From an uncultured bacterium (GTDB lineage: Bacteria; B130-G9): 47,315 bases of DNA. Position numbers and translations under genes: made by a program. Positions 18,534 to 27,141 of the stretch are shown piece by piece. The DNA lies in NCBI GenBank assembly GCA_965372715.1, contig CBDVDH010000028.1:1-47315 (forward strand), written 5' to 3'. The notes beneath the pieces are model-generated. The model did not search any database. It worked only from the letters and a program-made list of their open reading frames with translations, and had not been told where the DNA came from. Numbering within the stretch: position 1 is the stretch's first letter; each line of letters starts with the position of its first letter.

Positions 18534-18695
18534 GTAGGGGTGCTGCTCGCTGCACCCTGGATACGCATTCGCCCGCGTCCCGTAGGGGCGGCTCACGAGC
18601 CGCCCTTTTTCGGATTGACCGAACTGATACAGGGCGGTTCGTGAACCGCCCCTACAAACATGGCCAATATAGGGCGGGGCAAGCGCCGCCCCTAC
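18534..18695. repeat. Four GTAG-type REP palindromes arranged as nested doublets
   Basis: Forward units at 18534-18558 and 18582-18606 start with GTAGGGG; reverse units at 18631-18655 and 18671-18695 end with CCCCTAC. Confidence 0.9.
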
Positions 18696-18718
18696 AGTTC
18701 TGCCCTGCCCAGTAGCGG

Positions 18719-20995
18719 TCACGTCAGCTCCCCCGAACTAAGGGCCTTGAGCCGCTGGGCCAAGAGCGTGTATCGCCTCGATGTCTTGTCGTTGCCGATT
18801 GCCATAAACAGCGCCTTCCTCGAACCGACCATCACGACCAGTTTCTTGGCCCTGGTCACCGCTGTATAAATGAGGTTGCGCTGAAGCAGCATATAGTGCT
18901 CTGTCGTAAGAGGCAATATGACGGCGTCGTATTCGCTGCCTTGGGACTTGTGCACTGAGATTGCGTATGCCAGCTCCAGCTCCGCCATATCGACGGGCGA
19001 GTAGTTCACCTTCCTGTCGCCGAAGTCCACGACGAGTCTTTGCGCCGCTCGATCGATCATGAGGATCACGCCGATGTCGCCGTTGAAGACCTCCTTGTCG
19101 TAGTTGTTCTTGGTTTGCATGACCTTATCCCTCTCACGAAAGACGCGGCCGCCGAACTGCACGGGCTTCCCCTGGCTGTTGAGCGCATTCTGGAGCTCTG
19201 CATTCAACGTGCGGGTCCCGGCTCGACCCTTGTGCATCGGCGTCAGAACCTGAATCTGCGTCAACGGATCGAGGCCAAAGCGCATGGGCACTCGCTCGGT
19301 CGCGAGCTCAATCACGGCATTGAGAACGGCATCAGGCCCAAACCTATCAACGAAATAGAACTGACTTAGGCCGGCGTCAGATCGCTTTGGGAAGATCAGC
19401 GCGGCGCCCTTGTTTATCCTATGGGCATTGACGACGATGAGATTCTCAGAACCGTCTTCCGAGGCTTGTCGAAAGATATGTGTGAGCCTCGCGACTGGCA
19501 ACGTGTTCGACGCGATGATGTCGCTGAGGACCGCGCCCGGGCCCACGGACGGCAGCTGGTCAGCGTCGCCGACGATGACAAGCGAGCAGCTCGCCGGCAG
19601 CGCCGAGAGAAGCTTGGACATGAGCCAGATATCGACCATCGAGGCCTCGTCCAACACCACGAGATCGACAGGGAGCTTCCGAGATCTACCGTATTTGAAG
19701 CGACGTTTGAAGGCGTCATATTGCAGGAGCCGGTGAACTGTCTTGGCCTCAACTCCTGTGGCCTCTGAGAGCCGTTTTGCCGCGCGCCCCGTCGGTGCGC
19801 AGAGCGCAAGCCTGATTCCGACGCGCCGGCAGATTCCGACCAACCGGCCTACCAGAGCTGTCTTGCCGGTCCCAGGACCGCCGGTTATCACCGTAACCTT
19901 TGACGTCAGCGATCTCTGAATGGCAGAAGCCTGTTCGTCGGAGAGAACAAGTCTGTCATCCTTCTCGGCAGTGACGCTCGCGGCCAATGCCCTGGCGGCG
20001 TCGAGGCTCGTCGGTCCTGCGATCATTTGGGCGAGGCCCTCGGCCACCGACGCCTCGCAGGCTTTCAGGTCCGGCAGAAATATCGCATCGTCAAGAAGTG
20101 GGTCGAGCACGAGTTTCTGCTCCTCACACAGCCGCTCGAAAGCCTCTTGAACCAATGGCTCCTCGACTTCAAGAAGCTCCTGAACCGCTTCCAGAAACGC
20201 ATCCTTCGGAAGATAGGTGTGGCCCTTCTCGCTGGCCCGGCCCAGGATGTATGAGGCGCCAGCCTTGATCCGCTCCGGAGCTTCGCGGCTCAGGCCCAGT
20301 TTCATCGCGATCGCATCCGCTGTTTTGAAGCCGATGCCGGTAATGTCGTCCGCGAGTTTGTATGGATTCGAGGTGAGTACGCTGACCGCCGAGGCGCCAT
20401 ATTCCTTGAACACCTGCATTCCGCGCACGATGCTCACGCCGTATCCCTGCAAGAACACGAGCAGCTCGCGGAGACCCCTGTATCTGTTCCAGGCCTCGAC
20501 CGCGCGCTCGACGGTTCTCGGGCCGATACCTGGTATCTCGCACAATCTCTCGCCGTCGTGGTCCAGCACTTCGATCGTTTTGGCGCCAAAACGCTCCACA
20601 ACCTGCCGAGCCCTCTTCTCGCCTATGCCAGTGATAAGCCCCGAACCGAGGAACTTCTTCAGGCCAGCAAGCGTCTGCGGGACGCGAGTCTGGAACGATT
20701 CAACCTTAAGCCTCGGTCCGTGCTTGGGATGCTGCGACCAGGTGCCCTCGACCTTAACCTCCTCGCCCGGCGAACAAAGCCCCAAACTGCCGCAGATCAC
20801 GATCGTTTCGCCGCTGTCTTGCTTCAGCGTGGCGACAGCGTATCGCTCGTCGTCCGATTTGAAGAGTATCTTATCGATGGCGCCGGTCGTTGTCAGATGC
20901 TCGGATGTTGGCTCCACAACTGCAAGCTGGCCCTGCTTCGCCTCGTCCTTCCGAGCACTTCTCTCGTCTGAACGGTCAATTGTCTCTTTGAACAT
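18719..20995 (-). CDS. recD2: ATP-dependent RecD-like DNA helicase (RecD2)
   Basis: N-terminal OB/HhH region (GIG repeats), TGGPGTGKT, APTGRAA, DEASM, VGDADQLPSVGPG, AYAISVHKSQGSE. Confidence 0.95.
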   Translation of the reverse strand: MFKETIDRSDERSARKDEAKQGQLAVVEPTSEHLTTTGAIDKILFKSDDERYAVATLKQDSGETIVICGSLGLCSPGEEVKVEGTWSQHPKHGPRLKVESFQTRVPQTLAGLKKFLGSGLITGIGEKRARQVVERFGAKTIEVLDHDGERLCEIPGIGPRTVERAVEAWNRYRGLRELLVFLQGYGVSIVRGMQVFKEYGASAVSVLTSNPYKLADDITGIGFKTADAIAMKLGLSREAPERIKAGASYILGRASEKGHTYLPKDAFLEAVQELLEVEEPLVQEAFERLCEEQKLVLDPLLDDAIFLPDLKACEASVAEGLAQMIAGPTSLDAARALAASVTAEKDDRLVLSDEQASAIQRSLTSKVTVITGGPGTGKTALVGRLVGICRRVGIRLALCAPTGRAAKRLSEATGVEAKTVHRLLQYDAFKRRFKYGRSRKLPVDLVVLDEASMVDIWLMSKLLSALPASCSLVIVGDADQLPSVGPGAVLSDIIASNTLPVARLTHIFRQASEDGSENLIVVNAHRINKGAALIFPKRSDAGLSQFYFVDRFGPDAVLNAVIELATERVPMRFGLDPLTQIQVLTPMHKGRAGTRTLNAELQNALNSQGKPVQFGGRVFRERDKVMQTKNNYDKEVFNGDIGVILMIDRAAQRLVVDFGDRKVNYSPVDMAELELAYAISVHKSQGSEYDAVILPLTTEHYMLLQRNLIYTAVTRAKKLVVMVGSRKALFMAIGNDKTSRRYTLLAQRLKALSSGELT

Positions 20996-21115
20996 CGCCT
21001 AACCAAGGTAATTCACAGATTTGGCTTCATCATGGGCAATCAATGTGATCGCACTTCTGAGAGGTTACTTCAGATGAGCCGCAAAGGCAAAATCGCCCGA
21101 CTGCGCCCCTGGCGG

Positions 21116-21775
21116 TTCCCCGTCGGGGAAGCATTTGAATAGCCGTGGGTTTCAACCCACGGGAACCGTTCCCCCGGGAAACCGACCGACCCTGAAGGGG
21201 TCGAACAACCGAGACGAATCATAGCAGGTACTTCTCGTGAAACTCTATCCCCGCCTCAAGCAGCAGATTCCTGAGCTCATCACGAAATGAGAGCTTCCTG
21301 TGATGCTCCTGTTGGCCTTTAATGTAGTCGATCAATGGCCCGATCTCTGGCGTGGAATGAGTGAACGCTCCGTAACCATCTTGCCAGCCTGCGAAGCCTC
21401 TGAAGACACCGTTGGCTCTGATCCATCTCGACGCGCTGCCCTTCATCCCCTTTATGAAATCGGCTAGACAGACTGTGGGGCGCAGACTGGAAAGAATGTG
21501 AAGATGGTCCTCTGTCCCGTTCATGCGATAGAGATGGCAACCTTTGTTCTTTATGATCCCCCAGATATATCGAAAAAGATCGTCCCGCCTATCGGCAGTC
21601 AAGACCGGCTGCCCGCCTTTGGTCGAGAACACTATATGATAGTAGATTTGGGTATAGGTGGGCATATATCCTGACCCTTGGCGACGGTGCAACCCCTTCA
21701 GGGTTGTGGTGTTTTCTTGTCTCCTTCTCCGTGGGTTGAAACCCACGGCTATTCATGTTGTTCCCCTCAGGGGAA
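21116..21775. mobile_element. IS200/REP-associated (Y1 HUH) element with ~90-bp inverted, three-hairpin ends
   Basis: Perfect 27-bp inverted repeat TGAATAGCCGTGGGTTTCAACCCACGG (21136-21162 / 21729-21755). Mirrored hairpins at 21116-21130 / 21761-21775 and 21188-21202 / 21691-21705. Confidence 0.8.
21219..21665 (-). CDS. tnpA: IS200/IS605-family Y1 transposase
   Basis: YHIVFSTK, HUH motif DHLHIL, WQDGYGAF, catalytic YIKGQ. Start placed at ATG 21665 (148 aa). No tnpB. Confidence 0.92.
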   Translation of the reverse strand: MPTYTQIYYHIVFSTKGGQPVLTADRRDDLFRYIWGIIKNKGCHLYRMNGTEDHLHILSSLRPTVCLADFIKGMKGSASRWIRANGVFRGFAGWQDGYGAFTHSTPEIGPLIDYIKGQQEHHRKLSFRDELRNLLLEAGIEFHEKYLL

Positions 21776-21872
21776 TAGGACGAGCAAACTTACCGAACCA
21801 ATGTCGCAACGGAACCCCGGCGCCCCGGGCTCGCCGAGGCGCCGGTGATTGACTCTGTTGAATCCGCTGATG

Positions 21873-22880
21873 TTAGCCTTGGGCTTGGAGGGAGGTGATT
21901 GCGGCCAGGACGACGATGTCTTTTGCCGAGCAGCCGCGAGAGAGGTCGTTGATGGGTGCCGCTAGGCCCTGGGTGATGGGGCCGAAAGCGTCCGCGCCGC
22001 CGAGTCGCTGCACGAGCTTGTAGGCGATGTTGGCCGAGTTGAGGTCAGGGAAGACCAGGACGTTGGCGTGGCCCGCGACCTTGCTGCCTGGGGCCTTCTT
22101 TTCGCCGACCTTCGGCACAATGGCCGCGTCTGCCTGAAGCTCGCCGTCGATGGCGAGGTCCGGCGCTTTTTCCTGAGCCAGCTTGGTCGCGTTGATGACT
22201 TTTTCGACTGTAGAATGCCTGGCGCTCCCTTTCGTCGAGAAAGAGAGCATGGCGACGACGGGTTCCACACCGATAAGCGCCTTGTATGTGCTCGCGGAGG
22301 AAATGGCGATGTCCGCCAGCTGCTCATCCGTCGGCGCGGGAACGAACGCCGGGTCGGAAAACGCAATTATCTTGTCCTCGCCGCACGACGACGCGGGCAC
22401 GACCATGATCATCGAGCTGGAGACAACCTTGACGCCCGGGCTCGTGCCGACCACGTGAATGGCGGCCCTTAGAACGCTGCCCGTGCTGTGGCATGCTCCC
22501 GTGACCATCCCGTCGGCCAGTCCCTTCTTGATCATCATCGAGCCGAAATAGAGACACCCCAGGTCATCGTCGGTCAACAAGACCTTCGCCTCCTCGAGCG
22601 TCATACCCTTGGCCTTACGAATCTCGTAAAGCGCGTTTGCGAAATCGTCAAGCCTCTCGCTTTGCTGAAAATCGACGATCTCAACGCCGCTGAAGTTGAG
22701 GTTCTGCTTCCGCGCCTCGGCCAGTATCTCCTCCTCGGGACCGAGGATTGTCACACCGCAGACCTCTTCCTTAACGAGAGTGGCCGCCGCCTCAACCATT
22801 CGCGGGTCAGGCCCCTCGCCGAGAACAATCTGCATCTTCTTCCGACGGGCTGTCCTTTTTAGCTGTTCAACTAGGTCCAT
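21873..22880 (-). CDS. pta: Phosphate acetyltransferase
   Basis: MLSFSTKGSA, IDGELQADAA, NVLVFPDLNSANIAYKL, NDLSRGCS. Confidence 0.95.
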   Translation of the reverse strand: MDLVEQLKRTARRKKMQIVLGEGPDPRMVEAAATLVKEEVCGVTILGPEEEILAEARKQNLNFSGVEIVDFQQSERLDDFANALYEIRKAKGMTLEEAKVLLTDDDLGCLYFGSMMIKKGLADGMVTGACHSTGSVLRAAIHVVGTSPGVKVVSSSMIMVVPASSCGEDKIIAFSDPAFVPAPTDEQLADIAISSASTYKALIGVEPVVAMLSFSTKGSARHSTVEKVINATKLAQEKAPDLAIDGELQADAAIVPKVGEKKAPGSKVAGHANVLVFPDLNSANIAYKLVQRLGGADAFGPITQGLAAPINDLSRGCSAKDIVVLAAITSLQAQG

Positions 22881-22905
22881 CCGAGTCCTCCTGAAAACTC
22901 ATGCT

Positions 22906-23934
22906 TTAAGAGTGGAACGTTCTCTCAACGTATTGCTTGTCGTAGTATCTGGCGAGGCGCTCCTTGATCTTGAGCCACCACTCGGGATGCTCCTTGTACC
23001 ACAAGACGGTCTCCCTGATCCCGTCGTCGAAGTTGACCTGAGGCGTCCAGGCGAACGTCTTCCGCAGCTTGTCGCTGTTGACCGCGTGCCTCAGGACGTG
23101 GCCTGGCCTGTCAACGACGAACTCGATGAGCTCCTTCGGCTTGCCGAGCGTCTCAAGTATGTGGTCGCACATCTCGAGGATCGTCACCTCGTGGCCCGAG
23201 CTCACGTTAAACACCTCGCCGAAACAGTCCTCCTCAAGTATCAATAGCTCCAGCACCTTACAATGGTCCAAAACGTGTATCCAGTCGCGACTGTTCTTGC
23301 CGTCGCCATAGACCGGCAGCGGTTTATCCTCGATGGCGTTTGTCGCAAAGAGCGGGATCATCTTCTCGGGGAGCTGATACGGGCCGTAGTTGTTGGAGCA
23401 GCGAGAAATTAAGACCGGAATCCTGTGCGTTGCCCAATATGAGTATGCTAGCCGGTCGGCGCCCGCCTTGGATGCGGCGTAAGGGCTCTTCGGCATCAAC
23501 GGGTCGCTCTCGAGGCATGGCTTGTCGTGCGCCTCGCCATAGACCTCGTCGGTTGAGATGTGGATGAACTTCTCGATGCCACGGATTTTCGCGCAGTCCA
23601 GCAGGACGAAGGTGCCGAAGACGTCAGTCGTGACGAAGTCGCCGGCGTCCATGACGGAGCGATCGACGTGCGTCTCGGCCGCGAAATGGACGATGATGTT
23701 TGCCCACTTGACGAGCGGATCAACGAACGTTCTGTCGGCGACGTCACCCTTCAAGAAACGGTAGTTGGGGAGGTTCTCTACGTCTCGCACGTTCTCGAGG
23801 TTGCCCGCGTAGGTCAGCTTGTCGAGGTTGCACACGTACCAATCGGGGTGCTGAGACATTATGTATCGGATGAAGTTCGAGCCGATGAACCCGGCGCCGC
23901 CTGTTACAAGCAGCTTCATCTCTTTGTCAGCCAT
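22906..23934 (-). CDS. rfbB: dTDP-glucose 4,6-dehydratase
   Basis: TGGAGFIGSNF, DKLTYAGN, HFAAETHVDRS, STDEVYG, YAASK, DRPGH. Confidence 0.96.
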   Translation of the reverse strand: MADKEMKLLVTGGAGFIGSNFIRYIMSQHPDWYVCNLDKLTYAGNLENVRDVENLPNYRFLKGDVADRTFVDPLVKWANIIVHFAAETHVDRSVMDAGDFVTTDVFGTFVLLDCAKIRGIEKFIHISTDEVYGEAHDKPCLESDPLMPKSPYAASKAGADRLAYSYWATHRIPVLISRCSNNYGPYQLPEKMIPLFATNAIEDKPLPVYGDGKNSRDWIHVLDHCKVLELLILEEDCFGEVFNVSSGHEVTILEMCDHILETLGKPKELIEFVVDRPGHVLRHAVNSDKLRKTFAWTPQVNFDDGIRETVLWYKEHPEWWLKIKERLARYYDKQYVERTFHS

Positions 23935-24395
23935 TATCGGTCTTTTCTCGCCCAGTCGTAGGGGATCTTCGAGCCGTGCGCCGGGAGGCGATACTCGTCC
24001 GGGTCATCGTAGTTGTATGACTTGTCGGGGATGTTGATAATGATGCCCTCCTTTTCGCTGACGCACTTGAACCCGTGATACACGCCCTTGGGGATGACCA
24101 GCAGAATGGGGTTGTGCTCGCCCATGAAGAACTCGTTGATCTCGCCTCTGGTAGGCGACGCTTCACGGTCATCGTAAAGCACGACCTTCATCATGCCCGA
24201 GACCGCCGTGAAGTGGTCGGTTTGATGCTTGTGGTAGTGCCAGGCCTTGACGACGCCCGGATAGCCCGTCGTCATGTATGCCTGCCCAAACTCCGTGAAG
24301 TACTCCTCGCCGTCGTCGTTTCTGAGTATCTCCATCAGGCGACCCCGCTCGTCGGGGATAACATTCAGCTTCTTGACCTTAACGCCCTCGATCAT
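23934..24395 (-). CDS. rfbC: dTDP-4-dehydrorhamnose 3,5-epimerase family (cupin)
   Basis: DERGRLMEILR, VVKAWHYH, IPKGVYHGF. Adjacent to rfbB. Confidence 0.85.
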   Translation of the reverse strand: MIEGVKVKKLNVIPDERGRLMEILRNDDGEEYFTEFGQAYMTTGYPGVVKAWHYHKHQTDHFTAVSGMMKVVLYDDREASPTRGEINEFFMGEHNPILLVIPKGVYHGFKCVSEKEGIIINIPDKSYNYDDPDEYRLPAHGSKIPYDWARKDR

Positions 24396-24469
24396 GCGAC
24401 CTCCTTACTCTCCTTATTGATGGCCACAATACTATGGATACCGCTGTAGATTTGCAACACGCTACGTCA

Positions 24470-24730
24470 CAGGAGTTTCCCCAGACGGGGAAACGGGAGA
24501 AAAGGGAAAGCGGACTTGACCATAGTAACCTTGGCTATGTCGGCTGAAAAGGCGAAAAGGGAGAGACCAGTAGTAGCCAGAAAGGCTCAGTCCTGTCCCT
24601 GGCGAATCCGAGGCAGCTGATCGCGGGGGCTATTCTCACAGAGAGGCGTGTCTCAGTTCGTAAGTGCTCCTAATGGGGCTATATAGATGGCGACTGAGCC
24701 ATTGGAACTTCAGTCTTGGGAAAACTCCCG
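24470..24730. mobile_element. Possible MITE/IS scar with imperfect terminal inverted repeats
   Basis: CAGGAGTTTCCCCAGAC (24470-24486) versus CGGGAGTTTTCCCAAGAC (reverse complement of 24713-24730). Non-coding interior. Confidence 0.35.
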
Positions 24731-24778
24731 TTTTTGAGCCATTGACAGCATCAGACGAGCGAATTCAAGGTCGCTCAT
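24710..24778 (-). pseudogene. 5' remnant of HEPN-domain toxin
   Basis: ATG overlapping the MNT 3' end gives MSDLEFARLMLSMAQK-REFSQD*. The first 16 aa resemble HEPN helix 1, then the frame stops. Confidence 0.5.
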
Positions 24779-25100
24779 AAAGCACCTTGCCGTCCCTTAA
24801 AGAGCGGCCGATAACGTGATTGACAGAACCCCTCCATTTTGCGAACTCATCCTCGCCATAGATCAAGATGTCTTTCGCGATTCTGAATCCGGAGAGCACC
24901 TTGCGAACAAGTGACATCTCTTTCCGCCGGCTGCGATTTTGACCGAAGGGCTCCCGCTCCACAATCAGAAGGTCCAAATCAGACTCTTCTCTTGCATCGC
25001 CTGATGCATGCGACCCAAACAGGATTATCATCACCGGATCGACCTGCCTCACGATGGCCTGAACGATCTCCGCCAGCACTTTGTCAGTGATCTTCATCAT
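24765..25100 (-). CDS. Minimal nucleotidyltransferase (MNT) antitoxin
   Basis: ILFGSHASGDAREESDLDLLIV (GS-x10-DxD), 111 aa, ending GKVLYE. Confidence 0.9.
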   Translation of the reverse strand: MMKITDKVLAEIVQAIVRQVDPVMIILFGSHASGDAREESDLDLLIVEREPFGQNRSRRKEMSLVRKVLSGFRIAKDILIYGEDEFAKWRGSVNHVIGRSLRDGKVLYERP

Positions 25101-25243
25101 CTTAACCGTTTCCTACCACTGTGATTACCCCAGTTTAGCCTATCCAAAGGGCGGTCAAGTGTCAAGAATGAGCAGTATCCCGGAAGGAGATCGTAAAAGG
25201 TTGGGATGTCGGGGGGAGGCGGTCCTGAAAGGAGCTTTTCCTG

Positions 25244-27136
25244 TTAGAACGGATAGCAGACCTTCATCATCGTGATATGCACGGTCAGAACCTCGATGAC
25301 GATCAGTATGACGACGACGACCAACACGCCAAATCGCCGTATCTTCAAAGGCAGGAGGTTCTCGATGCTGAATGCGAAGAAGACGGCCATACCTATGCCG
25401 ACTGGCAGAAGGTATCTTCCATTGAATGCTCTGAACTTGCCGACGCTCATCGAGCCTTTGGCCACTTGTGTGAAGATGATAAACGTGTGGATAATCACGG
25501 AATACGCCAGAATCTTGAGCCGTCTTGCAGTTTGCGGCGTCAGCAGTCGCCTCCTCCTGAATATCCTGAGGAATGCGGCTCGAACCAGACCGAGAGCGGC
25601 GATGTCAATGAGCAGATATGTCAATTGACTGCTAGTTTGTGATGGCGAGAAGCCTGTGTGGCTTGCAATCTTAAGGAACCAACCTATCGTGACCCAGGCC
25701 CAGAGGCTATCGGAGCGCAGGATGTCAATGAGGCCGATGACGACCGGCAGCTCCTTATCCGGCGCAAACATTGTCGCCGTTATGATTGGCATCCCATAAA
25801 GCACGCAGTTCCTGACGAACCACCAGCCAGAGACGCCGAGAACCACCAGCATGAATAGCCCCCACCTGGCCGAGGCTCGCTTGAGGCTGCCTGAGCCATT
25901 CCCTCTCTCCTTTTGCCAAAGGAACAAGAACACAATTGGAATCGCGGTCAGAAAGAGCAGCTTTGACATGAGCCCGAGTCCGACGATGATGGCCAACACG
26001 AGCGTTTTCTTGCGGTCAAGGGGCGTCTCGGACCACTTGAGCATGAGATAGAGCAGCAAAGAGTAGAGCAAGATCAACAGGTGATCGTTGTTTATGCAGG
26101 CCTCATCGAACGTGAAGACAGGTGAGAAGAGCAGAAGCCCTGGCACGAGCAGCCAAATGAGGGATTTAGTCCCGAAGAGGAGTTTGCCCGAAAGCGCCGC
26201 GATTGCTATCGTGATAGTTGACAGGATAACGGAGAATAACCTCAGGGCGAGCACTCTCGTGAAAACAGGCTTCTTGCTTAAAGCGGCCTCGATCGGGAGC
26301 ATCAACAGATAGTTAAGCGGCGGGTGATGAGCGCACCAGTTTCGACAATCGGAAGCCATCAGGGGAAGTTCATCATCCTCGAAGCCGGTCAGATGAACGG
26401 CCTGGCCCTGTCTCGAAAGCCAGATATCGTCGATGAGTATTGTGCCGGAGAGCGTTTTCTGGGACACATAGTCGTCTGCAACGTATATCTTCAGGGTGGC
26501 GGAGGGGCAAAGATCGCTCGTGAGACTGGCTGAGAAGAGCGAAAACGGCGCATCGATTCGTCTCCAGCCGCGCCAGTCCACGGGGATTTGGAAGCAGTGC
26601 TCCCTTCGTCCAATGGTCTCCACCGAGAGCTGAAGCAGCACATTTGAGCTATCGCCGCGAATCCACATGCCCAGCCCGTCGGCTTCCGACACATCTACGC
26701 GGGGGTTGTACGCACAAAGAGCCTCGCTTTCTTGCGCCGTGAAACGGTAGTTGAGCGCGAGTGAAGACTCACCGATGTGAGCGTCGGCATTGGTCCTTTG
26801 ACAGCTTCCACCTTCGCCGAAGGCCGCGAATCCGTGCGTGTAAAACGCCTCGGGCCCGGGTCCGACCTTCCCCGTGCGGCGCTTGAGGCCCCACCAATCG
26901 GCCTCGTAGGACGAGCCCTTCACCTCTTCGGACATGAAGCATGTCCTCTGGTCTGGAAGCGAGCCATGAAGGCGAAGGTGTTGTATATAGGCGTAGTGCG
27001 CGAGTTCGTCTGGCCCAGTCCACATCGGGACAATGACCGATAGCAGGGCGCCGTTCACGAGATTGATCGCAATAATGAGGACGAATAGGACCCGGAAATC
27101 CCTGAGCGCAAAGGTCGTATCTTGATTGTCGGTCAT
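25244..27136 (-). CDS. GT-C-type (DUF2142/PMT-like) polytopic glycosyltransferase with CBM11-like insert, paralog 2
   Basis: Start placed at ATG 27136. PDELAHYAYI, HHPPLNY, INNDH, GLMSK, many TMs and a soluble beta-rich insert. Confidence 0.7.
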   Translation of the reverse strand: MTDNQDTTFALRDFRVLFVLIIAINLVNGALLSVIVPMWTGPDELAHYAYIQHLRLHGSLPDQRTCFMSEEVKGSSYEADWWGLKRRTGKVGPGPEAFYTHGFAAFGEGGSCQRTNADAHIGESSLALNYRFTAQESEALCAYNPRVDVSEADGLGMWIRGDSSNVLLQLSVETIGRREHCFQIPVDWRGWRRIDAPFSLFSASLTSDLCPSATLKIYVADDYVSQKTLSGTILIDDIWLSRQGQAVHLTGFEDDELPLMASDCRNWCAHHPPLNYLLMLPIEAALSKKPVFTRVLALRLFSVILSTITIAIAALSGKLLFGTKSLIWLLVPGLLLFSPVFTFDEACINNDHLLILLYSLLLYLMLKWSETPLDRKKTLVLAIIVGLGLMSKLLFLTAIPIVFLFLWQKERGNGSGSLKRASARWGLFMLVVLGVSGWWFVRNCVLYGMPIITATMFAPDKELPVVIGLIDILRSDSLWAWVTIGWFLKIASHTGFSPSQTSSQLTYLLIDIAALGLVRAAFLRIFRRRRLLTPQTARRLKILAYSVIIHTFIIFTQVAKGSMSVGKFRAFNGRYLLPVGIGMAVFFAFSIENLLPLKIRRFGVLVVVVILIVIEVLTVHITMMKVCYPF

Positions 27137-27141
27137 GGCGC

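Noticed and set aside
21666-21746. 27-aa N-terminal extension of TnpA
   Set aside because: It is a translation of the terminal hairpin repeat. Family similarity starts at MPTYTQIYYH.
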